This document shows, in pieces, positions 11,101-24,100 of a stretch of DNA of 64,000 bases. Source of the stretch: Balanoglossus misakiensis (Eukaryota > Animalia > Hemichordata); NCBI GenBank assembly GCA_040954595.2, contig CM082583.2, forward strand, positions 1,312,925-1,376,924. The letters run 5' to 3'. Under the pieces are notes generated by a model, which was given only the letters and a program-made list of their open reading frames with translations, had not been told where the DNA came from and did no database searches. The stretch's first letter is position 1, and each line of letters starts with the position of its first letter. Made by a program: the position numbers and the translations under genes.

Positions 11101-14100
11101 TGGTAAATTTTTAAAAAATCATAAAAAATTAACTCTTTTCTTCATTTTCGGAAATATTATGGAGCATGAAGTGTCGTTCTCTTGTAAAAAGTGCTGCAAA
11201 TTCCAGAAAAGGCGGTATAATTTGAATCACACAAGACAAAATTACCATTTTCGACTGTTTTTCGAAAAATTGTCTTTTTTACAAAATAAATAAGAATAAA
11301 TTCTTTTCTTAGTTTCAAACGGGTAGAGATACTTTCCACACGGGTTTTCTAACATTGAATTCCCATTCATCAACTCAGATGTCCTACAGCATAAGTCGGC
11401 TAAAACCCTGACACTCTAGAGCAGAAACAGTTGCACACTGGTAACGTTCAACAAGTCGATTTTTCTACGGCCTGGCTCGGCTAAATCTCCGTCACAATAT
11501 GACAGACACTAGCGTACGTTAGCAACGGTGATCAAGTCAGATTTTCTACGGCATGGCTTGGATAAAGCCCCGGCACTCTAGAGCAGAAACACGCGTACAG
11601 AGACCACGTTGATCAAGTCTGATCTCCTACGGCTTGGCTCGACTAAAACACAGGCTTACTATGACAGACACTAGCGTTCGTTAGCAACGTTGATCAAGTC
11701 AGATTTCCTACGGCATGGCTTGGCTAAAGCCCTGGCACTCTAGAGCAGAAACATGCGTACAGAGACCACGTTGATCTACTCACATTTCCTTCGGCCTGGC
11801 ACGGCTGATGCCCCGGCACTATATATAGGACACAGACTGGCGTAAGTTAACAACGGTAATCACGTCGGGTTTCCTACGGCCTGGCTCAGCTGAAGCCCCG
11901 GCACTCTAGTGCAGAAACAGGCGTACATTGACCACGTTGATCAAGTCAGATTTCCTACGGCGTGACTCGGCTGGTGCACCGGCTCTATATGACACAGACT
12001 GGCGTAAGTTATCAACGGTGATTACGTCGGATTTCCTACGGCCTGGTTTAGCTGAAGCCCCGGCACTTTAGAGCGGAAACACGCGTACATTGACCACGAT
12101 GATCAAGTCAGATCTCCTACGGCCTGGCTCGACTAAAACCCCGGCACACCATGACAGACACTAGCGTTCGTTAGCAACGGTGATCAAGTCGGATTTCATT
12201 CGGCCTGGCTCTGCAAAAGACCCGACACTCTAGTACAAAGACGTTGGCTAAGTCGAGCAAACCGAAGAGGGAAAGTCACAGCGGTTCAACACTTGACATT
12301 TGTTCGGGTACGACTGCATTATTGCCTGTCAATTTATAGAGAAAGCCCGAATTTAACCAGGGCGTTTCAAACACCGACGTTAGTTGGGGGCACGGCCTTC
12401 AGTACTGCCGGGTAAGCTGACATCGGCGTACCGCATGTAATGTAGGGGGGGGGGGGAACAGAACGGTTCAATACTACATTTATTAGATATCAGCTAATTT
12501 TGGACAATCATCTAAAATCTAAATCATTTTTTCATATTTGGATATCTGATGATGTATGAAATTTCCATTATATGTAAAAATGGTGCTGATTATAAACAAT
12601 GCACTGTGAATGAGCTGATTAAATACAAAATTGCGTTTTATTCGTTATTGCACCAAAAAGGTCATTTTTAGGCAAAACATTCTTTATTTTTTAATTCGGT
12701 GACCTGATCATATATAAACATTTGCTTGTATGTTAAAAGTTTTTATGACTTTTAAAAGCAGTGACACTGGCGGCATTCAACACGAAAATAACCATTTTAG
12801 CCACATTTTGGTCAAAAATGGTAAATTTTTGAAAATTACGAAAAATAACTGTTTCCTACATTTTCGGTAATCTGATGGAGTATAGAATGCCATTCGTATG
12901 TATATATCGATACAATTTCCACAAAAGACAGTCTTATTTGGCTCACTGCAGACAAAATTGCATGTTATCAAATTTTGCTTGAAAATGTCATTTTTAGAAA
13001 AACAATTAAAAAAAGCTTTATTTGTTCTTCGAATTCGGTGCCCTGATTATATATGACATGTTGATTGTATGTTAAAAGTTTCGACCACTCCAAAAATGCT
13101 GAGATATTGACGGAATTCAAGAAAAAATAGCCATTTTGGCCATATTTTGACAAAAATGGTAAATTTTTAAAAAATCATAAAAAATTAACTCTTTTCTTCA
13201 TTTTCGGAAATATTATGGAGCATGAAGTGTCGTTCTCTTGTAAAAAGTGCTGCAAATTCCAGAAAAGGCGGTATAATTTGAATCACACAAGACAAAATTA
13301 CCATTTTCGACTGTTTTTCGAAAAATTGTCTTTTTTACAAAATAAATAAGAATAAATTCTTTTCTTAGTTTCAAACGGGTAGAGATACTTTCCACACGGG
13401 TTTTCTAACATTGAATTCCCATTCATCAACTCAGATGTCCTACAGCATAAGTCGGCTAAAACCCTGACACTCTAGAGCAGAAACAGTTGCACACTGGTAA
13501 CGTTCAACAAGTCGATTTTTCTACGGCCTGGCTCGGCTAAATCTCCGTCACAATATGACAGACACTAGCGTACGTTAGCAACGGTGATCAAGTCAGATTT
13601 TCTACGGCATGGCTTGGCTAAAGCCCTGGCACTCTAGAGCAGAAACATGCGTACAGAGACCACGTTGATCTACTCACATTTCCTTCGGCCTGGCACGGCT
13701 GATGCCCCGGCACTATATATAGGACACAGACTGGCGTAAGTTAACAACGGTAATCACGTCGGGTTTCCTACGGCCTGGCTCAGCTGAAGCCCCGGCACTC
13801 TAGTGCAGAAACAGGCGTACATTGACCACGTTGATCAAGTCAGATTTCCTACGGCGTGACTCGGCTGGTGCACCGGCTCTATATGACACAGACTGGCGTA
13901 AGTTATCAACGGTGATTACGTCGGATTTCCTACGGCCTGGTTTAGCTGAAGCCCCGGCACTTTAGAGCGGAAACACGCGTACATTGACCACGATGATCAA
14001 GTCAGATCTCCTACGGCCTGGCTCGACTAAAACCCCGGCACACCATGACAGACACTAGCGTTCGTTAGCAACGGTGATCAAGTCGGATTTCCTTCGGCCT

Positions 14101-14707
14101 GGCTCTGCAAAAGACCCGACACTCTAGTACAAAGACGTTGGCTAAGTCGGGCAAACCGAAAAGGGAAAGTCACAGCGGTTCAACACTTGACATTTGTTCG
14201 GGTAGGACCGCAATATTGCCTGTCAATTTATAGAGAAAGCCCGAATTTAACCAGGGCGTTTCAAACACTGACGTTAGTTGGGGGCACAGCCTGCAGTACT
14301 GCCGGGTAAGCTGACATCGGCGTACCGCATATAATGTAGGGGGGGGGGGGGGACAGAACGGTTCAATACTACATTTATTAGATATCAGCTAATTTTGGAC
14401 AATCATCTAAAATCTAAATCATTTTTTCATATCTGGATATCTGATGATGTATGAAATTTCCATCATATGTAAAAATGGTGCTGATTATAAAAAATGCACT
14501 CTGAATGAGCTGATTTAATACAAAATTGCGTTTTATTCGTTTTTGCACCAAAAAGGTCATTTTTAGGCAAAACATTCTTTATTTTTTTTAATTCGGTGAC
14601 CTGATCATATATAAACAATTGCTTGTATGTTAAACGTTTTTATGACTTTTAAAAGCAGTGACACTGGCGGCATTCAACACGAAAATAACAATTTTAGCCA
14701 CAATTTG

Positions 14708-15043
14708 TATGGAGAAGTGAGAGATTTACTCCAGAAGGATCACGTGACGGAAACTCTTACCCTATCAGAGTTGACTTTGTTTCCCGCCAAACTTTATACT
14801 TGTAGCAGATTTATTGTAATTTTTGAGTGTTTGCTCCGGCGTTCGTGGGACTTATATATAACCCAGTTTTGGCGCTTTCGGGCAGCTTTTTGTAAGGAGC
14901 TCTGTGGTGTTACTTTGTTGTTGGATTCAGATGGTAATAAACCAGTGTTTTACCTAGCACTGAATCGTTCGCTTCTTTTCCGACGTCAGTATACTCGAAC
15001 CCCCTCCCGGGAGTATTGATCACTGCCACGATACTTCCCCACA
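14708..15043 (+). repeat. 5' LTR of B copy 1
   Basis: TATGGAGAAGT...ACTTCCCCACA imperfect terminal IR; TATA-like box 14855-14861; AATAAA 14936-14941. Confidence 0.95.
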
Positions 15044-15047
15044 TTTT

Positions 15048-15065
15048 TGGTGCCGAGACCAGTAT
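15048..15065 (+). promoter_or_regulatory. Primer-binding site, probably tRNA-His
   Basis: TGGTGCCGAGACCAGTAT 4 nt after the LTR; resembles TGGTGCCGTGACCAGGAT, the complement of the invertebrate tRNA-His 3' end (from memory). Confidence 0.75.
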
Positions 15066-15076
15066 AACAGAGCAAG

Positions 15077-18000
15077 ATGTCGGAACAAGAACACATCGCG
15101 CCACAAGATGGACAACAAGAGGATCAGCCAACAGCGTTGACAAAACTGAAGAGATCGCGTCGTGGTCAACGCGCACAAGTGACCCGACTGTTCAACAGGG
15201 CCGACACCCTCATGAACAATTTCGTAGACGTCGGTACAGACAAGCCGACTACACTCGACACGCTGGAAGGGCTGAACGAACAACTTTAGAACAAGATCCG
15301 TCTACTCGCCGACCTCGAGGTGAGAATCCTCGATCTAATTGACGATGAACACTTTGACGAAGAAAATGAAACTTCAGGCGACTACCAGGCCGAAATCTTC
15401 GAACACAATCATCGCATCGCATCTTTCATCAAGAAAAACAAATCGGAGATGCGGACAACTACTACTAGTACTGGTAATGTAACGGGAAGCAGTCTCGGCA
15501 ACGCGACGCCTCGTAAAACAGTAACTCTACCGAAACTCCAGCTGCAAACTTTCTCAGGCAATGTAATAGAATGGTCGAGTTTCTTCGATGTATTCAAGTC
15601 TTCGATACCTTCGGACACTAATTTGGACAACATTCAGAAGTTTACGTATTTGCGGAGTGTACTCAAAGATGAAGCAGCGAGAACAATCAACGGATTGCCA
15701 CTCACGCACGCGATTGACTTATTGACCGAAAGATACGGACAAACCCATCTCATAGTAGATGCTCATATGACCGCGTTGTGGAATCTACAAAGCCCAACCG
15801 CCGACGTACAAAGTTTAAGGCATTTCTACGACTCGATTGAAAATCACGTTCGAGGTCTTCAGTCGCTGGGTAAGGAGGAAACCACATACGGCGAACTTTT
15901 GGTTCCAATAATACGGGAGAAATTACCTCCTAACATTCGAGAGCAGATAGCAAGAAAACATGGTAATGCTGCGTGGACATTAGCAGATCTACGAAAAGCC
16001 ATTCAACACGAGATAAACACCCTTCAAGCCGGCAACCGGGTCGACGAGATAACAATGGCCACTACCAGAGAACCGGAAATAACCGCGTTTCACACGAAAA
16101 CGCAGATGACAGGTAAACAGAAGTTTCGTGCCCCTGTCAAAACGTGCCCGTTCTGCAAAGGGTCACACTTCGCGTCAAATTGCACTGTGGTAACTGATAC
16201 GCGCGAGAGACTGGACATTGTGAAGAAGGACAGACTATGTTTTAATTGCTTTGGAAAACATAGAGTTGCGGAGTGTAAATCAAAATACTCCTGCAGAAAG
16301 TGTAGGAAACGTCATCACTCTGCGCTACACTACGACGTTCCCACCGCTACAACGACGCCAACCGGAGCGTCGTCCTCGCCATCGCCATCATCAAGTACTT
16401 CTGATGTCAAAGTAACATTGACTAATACCGATACATTTACGGATAAGAAGATAAACACTGGGCCAGTGCTGCTGAAAACTGCGTTTGTACCACTGTCTGT
16501 CGGACGGGGAGCCCCCATTCATGCCGTCATCCTGTTTGATGAAGGAGCAAATAAGACATTCGTCACTGAGAGATTCGCCCGTCAGCTGTCCGCGAAAGCT
16601 ACGCGGCACGAACACATAAAGTTATCGACCTTCGGTGGCAAGGACTCCAAAGTACGCACCATGGGATTCACCGAACTAACTGCTCATGAACTGAACGGGA
16701 ATACTTCAACTATTCACGCGATGATAATTCCAGAGATATCGTCGGACTTAACAAATCACATTTCTCAGGAAGTCCATAATATGAGCCACCTGAAAGGGCT
16801 ACCATTCGCACATCCAGTTTCGAGTGATCAGTCGTGGCCAATTGATGTTCTAATCGGAGCCGACCAATATTGGAATTTCGTGGGCTCACACGTTATTTCT
16901 GGCGCGTCCGGCCCCACTGCTGTGTCATCCAAATTTGGATACTTACTCTCCGGACCCCTCGGAACTCCCAAAGTGGATTCTAATGCGCATATCTTACACG
17001 TGATTTCTACTGCTGATAGTTTCAGAGAACTCTATCAACGGACTGCATGGAGATCGCGCAACTGACATGTATACACCGATGTATAGTACTGCGATCGGCC
17101 GAGAACCACAGGTCCAAAATATGTGGGACTTTGAATTGATCGGTATTCAGGACAATCCAACAGTTGATGAACAGTTGACGTACGAGTCTTACAGAGACAC
17201 GCACTTGAGAGTTGACCGAGGAAAATACGTAGCTAAACTACCGTGGAAGGAAGATCACCCTCCACTACCCACCAACTACGATGTCGCCATGAAACGCACG
17301 CGTAATATGATACGCAGGTTACCCTCTGAACTCATCAAGAAATATGACGACATAATCAATGAACAGAGACGTCGCGACTTCATCGGAGAGGTTGACGAAG
17401 ACGACGTGAATATCGGACACTATTTGCTACATCGTCCGGTGGTTAAGAATTCGACCACAACACCCATTCGCATCGTTTATGATTGCTCTTGTAAGAAGGA
17501 TTCTAATTATCCAAGTTTGAATGATTGCTTGCAAACTGGACCGTCATTAATAAATGACCTGCCAGCGATTCTGCTGTGATTCCGCGCCAATAACATTGCT
17601 TTCACAGCTGACATTGAGAAAGCATTCCTGAACATTCGGTTGGAAGAAGATGAGAGGAAATTCACGAAATTTCTGTGGCTGTCGGACATTAACGACCCAG
17701 AAAGTGACTTCATAACTTTGCAGTTTAAGTCTGTCTTGTTTGGAGCAGTCTGTTCCCCATTCATCCTCAATGCGGTTATCAAGACGCATTTAGAGAACAA
17801 TAGTCAACTTCCCACCGCTGACAGATTGGGAAATAATATTTATGTGGATAATGTGATCGATGGAGTTGATACTGCAGAAAATGCCATGAAATACTACCAT
17901 GAAGCCAATGAGTTGATGACATCAGGCGGATTCAAACTCAGAGCATGGTCTTCCAACTGTCAACAAATAAACGAACTCGCTACATGTGACAATCTGAACG

Positions 18001-20679
18001 AACCCACCGAAGATGTATCCGTTTTGGGAATGCAGTGGTCAACAAAATCTGACGAATTGACTTACTCCAAAGTGGTTAATATGTCGTCGCGTGCCGAACT
18101 CGTGACCAAACGTGACATTGTCAGCTATGTGGCGATGCTATTTGATCCGTTTGGATTTCTCGCCCCTGTAATGATCAAAGCCAAATTGTTCATTCAGTTA
18201 CTATGGAAACTGGAATTAGACTGGGATGAACCTATCAACGCAGATCTCTACACTCAATGGATGCACATCGCAGAAGATCTCAAAGACTCGCGAAACACGA
18301 AGATCGAACGACAATATTTTGATGAACTTGAAGGCGACAATGAATGCGAGCTACACGCCTTTGCAGACGCAAGCCAGAGAGCGTATGGGGCAGTAGTGTA
18401 TTTGAAGAGGACAGCAAACGTCGTTTGTGATGGCGAAGACTAGAACCGCACCAGTGGCTGAAACTACACTCCCGCGACTGGAATTGATGGCTGCGTTAAT
18501 AGCCACACGTCTCAGCAAGTACTAGTACGCTAAAGAAGCCCTGTCCTCCAAATATGACATAGTTCGTTGTTATTTATGGAGTGACAGCCAAATTGTCCTT
18601 CACTGGCTGAACAGTGAGAAGAGACTTCCGGTGTTTGTGAAGAATCGAGTAGATGAAATTCGCGAATTTCAGTCCACAAAGAAATACTGCCCATCAGAAC
18701 ACAACCCAGCTGATCTTTTAACCAGAGGGGTAACCTACGAAATGATGGAACGCTCTGAACTATGGCGTAATGGACCAACATGGCTAAAGACAAGCGATTG
18801 GCCTAGTTGCCCAGCGTTTGATGTTAATGTGATGCATACCGCAATCGAACCAGATGAGACGGACAGATTGCCGCCGCGTTTCGGCAACGGAATCAACGAT
18901 CAGTCTACCGAGAACGCAGAAATACTCGCTCCCCCCAAAGCCAGACGATGTACAGATCGCGAAAATCTGGAAATTACCAGTCCCAATGACTACGGAATTC
19001 AACACGTTGTTGACATTTCCAGATTCAACAACTTGGATAGGCTATTACGAGTGACAAGTTATGTCCTCAGATTCATCGCACGGATGAAAAAATCTACCGA
19101 GGTGAAACACGGGAGAATTACCTCTGATGAGCTGCACCGAGCGGAAAATATGTGGGTTAAACATATTCAACGGCAGTTCTATGACGCCGAAATCCAGTCT
19201 GTGAAATTGAACTTGAGTACATGTGCGCCCATTGTTCGACAACTGAACTTATTTGTTGAAGAAGAAGACGTACTTCGCTGTGGGAGTAGAATCCATAACG
19301 CGCCGATCGATTTCGTCACAAGATTTCCCGCCTTGATACCCTCGCATCATAAATTGACAAATTTGATAATACGGAAATCACACGAACTGACGCTTCACCA
19401 GGGAGTCCAATCTACAGTGACAAAGATAAGGCAAAGATATTGGATCCCCAAAATTCGGATTATTGTACGCGGTGTCTTACGTGGTTGTGTCATTTGCAAC
19501 AAAGTTACCGGGAAACCTTACGCGAATCCAGTGCAAGCGCCGCTACCAAGTTATCGAGTGAACATTGTCCCAGCATTTACTGTAACAGGCGTGGATTTCA
19601 CGGGTAATCTTTATACCAAGGCCAAAGATGGGACACGTGCCAAAGCCTATATCTGTTTATTCACCTGTGCGGTGACGCGTGCCATTCACCTAGAACTGGT
19701 TCCTGATATGTCAACCCAGACGTTCATGCACGCGTTCAGAAGATTCGCCGCGAGACGTTCTTTGCCGAGTAGGATGCTGTCAGACAACGCATCGACTTAT
19801 TTATCGGCTGCCAATGAAATCAAAACACTGTTTGATACGCCAGAAGTAAATGACTTTCTCGCCGCACATCGTGTACAATGGACGTTTATACCGAAGCGCG
19901 CGCCCTGGTTTGGTGGCTTCTGGGAGAGGCTGATTGCTTTGACAAAGAACGCTATTAGGAAAACTCTCGGTCGAGCTTACCTAACCTTTGATGAACTCGC
20001 AACAGTTGTGACTGAAATTGAAGCCGTTTTAAACGACAGGCCGTTAACGTACGTGTCATCCAGTATAAACGACAACATTGGATTGACCCCAAATCACTTG
20101 CTACATGGCAGGACACTGACCTCATTGCCGTACATCGAGATCACCGACGAAGAGGTGATTGACCCATCTTACTGTGATAATCGTGAAATCAACAAAAGAT
20201 ATGAACATCTATCAAGATTACACGATCAATTTTGGCGAAGATGGTCGTCCGAGTATCTGACTTCCCTACGTGAACGACATCCCACCAAAGGAACTCGTGA
20301 TAATGTCATCAAGGTCGGAGATGTCGTGATAATACACAGTGACACTGACAAACGTCCGAAATGGCATTTAGGAACTGTAACAAGGTTGATCTTCGGTAAG
20401 GATAAACTGGTACGATCTGCGGAGTTGAACACCGCAGGTGGTCCTACAAACCGACCTATCCATAAATTGTACCCATTGGAAGTTGTCTCCAAGGAGCTGT
20501 CAACTGTGTCTGGAGATAATACAGGTATTGGAGCAGATTCCAACACGAATACTGAAACAGTCGACACAGCTGGAGCCTCTGAAGATTCCTCGGTAAAGGC
20601 GGATGTTGTACCCCCGAGACGACCTCTCAGAGACACTGCAGTTGCCGCTCGAGTACGAATAGCGGATCTCTCTGTTTGA
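15077..20679 (+). pseudogene. BEL/Pao gag-pol of B copy 1
   Basis: LPKLQLQTFSGN, three Cys/His knuckles, LFDEGANK protease, YVDN RT, HAFADAS RNase H, integrase GVDFTG/SDNAS/GGFWER. Versus copy 2: TAG at 15287, 11-bp deletion at ~17018, TGA at 17577, 2-bp deletion at ~18406, 6-bp insertion at ~18523. Confidence 0.95.
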
Positions 20680-20841
20680 CTTTGAAATTGGAAAACAATT
20701 TCGATCGCATTGTGACTGTTATCATGTTTACTGACACAATGAACATTAGTTTATTATCCTTGAACACTTTAGGTGACTTTAATCATATTTCATGTTATTT
20801 GATGTTTTTTTTCTGACGATTTTCGAGACTTTCCTTTGCGC

Positions 20842-20850
20842 GGGGGAGAA
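20842..20850 (+). promoter_or_regulatory. Polypurine tract of B copy 1
   Basis: GGGGGAGAA immediately before the 3' LTR. Confidence 0.85.
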
Positions 20851-21186
20851 TATGGAGAAGTGAGAGATTTACTCCAGAAGGATCACGTGACGGAAACTCT
20901 TACCCTATCAGAGTTGACTTTGTTTCCCGCCAAACTTTATACTTGTAGCAGATTTATTGTAATTTTTGAGTGTTTGCTCCGGAGTTCGTGGGACTTATAT
21001 ATAACCCTGTTTTGGCGCTTTCGGGCAGCATTTTGTAAGGAGCTCTGTGGTGTTACTTTGTTGTTCGATTCAGATGGTAATAAACCAGTGTTTTACCTAG
21101 CACTGAATCGTTCGCTTCTTTTCCGACGTCAGTATACTCGAACCCCCTCCCGGGAGTATTGATCACTGCCACGATACTTCCCCACA
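20851..21186 (+). repeat. 3' LTR of B copy 1
   Basis: 336 bp; about 4 differences from the 5' LTR by eye. Confidence 0.95.
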
Positions 21187-24100
21187 ATTTGGTCAAAATG
21201 GTAAATTTTTGAAAATTACAAAAAATACCCGTTTTCTACATTTTCGAAAATCTGATGGTGTATAAAATGCTCTTCGTATGTATATATCGATACAAATTCC
21301 ACAAAAGACAGTCTAATATGGCTCACTGCAGACAAAATTGCGTTTTACCAAATGTTCCTTGAAAATGTCATTTTTAGAAAAAAAAAGAAAAAAACCTTTG
21401 TTCTTCGAATTTGGTGCCCTGATCATATATGACATGTTGATTGTATGTTAAAACTTTCGACCACTCCAAAAATGCAGAGATATTGACGGAATTCAAGAAA
21501 AAATAGCCATTTTGGCCATATTTTGACAAAAATGGTAAATTTTTAAAAAATCATAAAAAATTAACTCCTTTCTTCATTTTCGGAAATATTATGGATCATG
21601 AAGTGTCGTTCTCTTGTAAAAAGTGCTGCAAATTCCAGAAAAGGCGGTATAATTTGAATCACCCAAGACAAAATTACCATTTTCGACTTTTTTTCGAAAA
21701 ATTGTCTTTTTTACAAAATAAATAAGAATAAATTCTTTTCTTAGTTTCAAACGGGTAGAGATACTTTCCACACGGGTTTTCTAACAATGAATTCCCGTTC
21801 ATCAACTCAGAATTCCTACAGCATAAGTCGGCTGAAACCCTGACACTCTAGAGCAGAAACAGTTGCACACTGGTAACGTTGAACAAGTCGATTTTTCTAC
21901 AGCCTGGCTCGGCTTAATCTCCGTCACAATATGACAGACACTAGCGTACGTTAGCAACGGTGATCAAGTCAGATTTTCTACGGCATGGCTTGGATAAAGC
22001 CCCGGCACTCTAGAGCAGAAACAAGCGTACAGAGACCACGTTGATCAAGTCTGATATCCTACGGCTTGGCTCGACTAAAACCCCGGCACACTATGACAGA
22101 CACTAGCGTTCGTTAGCAACGTTGATCAAGTCAGATTTCCTACGGCATGGCTTGGCTAAAGCCTTGGCACTCTAGAGCAGAAACACGCGTACAGAGACCA
22201 CGTTGATCTACTCGGATTTCCATCGGCCTGGTTCTGCAAAAGACCCGACACTCTAGTACAAAGACGTTGGCTAAGTTGGGCAAACCGAAGAGGGAAAGTC
22301 ACAGCGGGTCAACACTCGACATTTGTTCGGGTAGGACTGCATTATTGCCTGTCAATTTATAGAGAAAGCCCGAATTTAACCAGGGCGTTTCAAACACCGA
22401 CGTTAGTTGGGGGCACGGCCTGCAGTACTGCCGGGTAAGCTGACATCGGCGTACCGCATATAATGTAGGGGGGGGGGGGGAACAGAACGGTTCAATACTA
22501 CATTTATTAGATATCAGCTAATTTTGGACAATCATCTAATATCTAAATCATTTTTTCATATTTGGATATCTGATGATGTATGAAATTTCCATTATACGTT
22601 AAAATAGTGCTGATTATAAAAAATGCACTCTGAATGAGCTGATTTAATACAAAATTGCGTTTTATTCGTTTTTGCACCAAAAAGGTCATTTTTAGGCAAA
22701 ACATTCTTTATTTTATTAATTCGGTGACCTGATCATATATAAACAATTGCTTGTATGTTAAAAGTTTTTATGACTTTTAAAAGCAGTGACACTGGCGGCA
22801 TTCAACACGAAAATAACAATTTTAGCCACAATTTGGTCAAAATAGTAAATTTTTGAAAATTACAAAAAATACCTGTTTTCTACATTTTCGGAAATCTGAT
22901 GGAGTATAGAATGCTCTTCGTATGTATATATCGATACAAATTCCACAAAAGACCGTCTAATTTGGCTCACTGCAGACAAAATTGCGTTTTACCAAATTTT
23001 CCTTGAAAATGTCATTTTTAGAAAAAAAAATAAAAAAAACCTTTGTTCTTCGAATTTGGTGCCCTGATCATATATGACATGTTGATTGTATGTTAAGACT
23101 TTCGACCACTCCAAAAATGCAGAGATATTGACGGAATTCAAGAAAAAATAGCCATTTTGGCCATATTTTGACAAAAATGGTAAATTTTTAAAAAATCATA
23201 AAAAATTAACTCCTTTCTTCATTTTCGGAAATATTATGGATCATGAAGTGTCGTTCTCTTGTAAAAAGTGCTGCAAATTCCAGAAAAGGCGGTATAATTT
23301 GAATCACCCAAGACAAATTTACCATTTTCGACTTTTTTTCGAAATATTGTCTTTTTTACAAAATAAATAAGAATAAATTCTTTTCTTAGTTTGAAACGGG
23401 TAGAGATACTTTCCACACGGGTTTTCTAACATTGAATTCCCATTCATCAACTCAGATTTCCTACAGCATAAGTCGGCTGAAACCCTGACACTCTAGAGCA
23501 GAAACAGTTGCACACTGGTAACGTTGAACAAGTCGATTTTTCTACGGCCTGGCTCGGCTAAATCTCCGTCACAATATGACAGACACTAGCGTACGTTAGC
23601 AACGGTGATCAAGTCAGATTTTCTACGGCATGGATTGGATTAAGCCCCGGCACTCTAGAGCAGAAACAAGCGTACAGAGACCACGTTGATCAAGTCTGAT
23701 ATCCTACGGCTTGGCTCGACTAAAACCCCGGCACACTATGACAGACACTAGCGTTCGTTAGCAACGTTGATCAAGTCAGATTTCCTACGGCATGGCTTGG
23801 CTAAAGCCCTGGCACTCTAGAGCAGAAACACGCGTACAGAGACCACGTTGATCTACTCACATTTCCTTCGGCCTGGCACGGCTGATGCCCCCGGCACTAT
23901 ATATAGGACACAAACTGGCGTAAGTTAACAACGGTAATCACGTCGGGTTTCCTACGGCCTGGCTCAGCTGAAGCCCCGGCACTCTAGAGCAGAAACAGGC
24001 GTACATTGACCACGTTGATCAAGTCAGATTTCCTACGGCGTGACTCGGCTGGTGCACCGGCTCTATATGACACAGACTGGCGTAAGTTATCAACGGTGAT

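Larger units (their letters stand above)
14708..21186 (+). mobile_element. BEL/Pao LTR retrotransposon B, copy 1 (6479 bp, full length, inactivated)
   Basis: Two 336-bp LTRs, TSD ATTTG (14703-14707 and 21187-21191), PBS, PPT, gag-pol. Confidence 0.97.

Noticed and set aside
14627-15019. 108-130 aa ORFs running through each B LTR (also 20836, 45916, 53524)
   Set aside because: The starts lie in unrelated flanks, no motif is recognisable, and recurrence only reflects LTR identity
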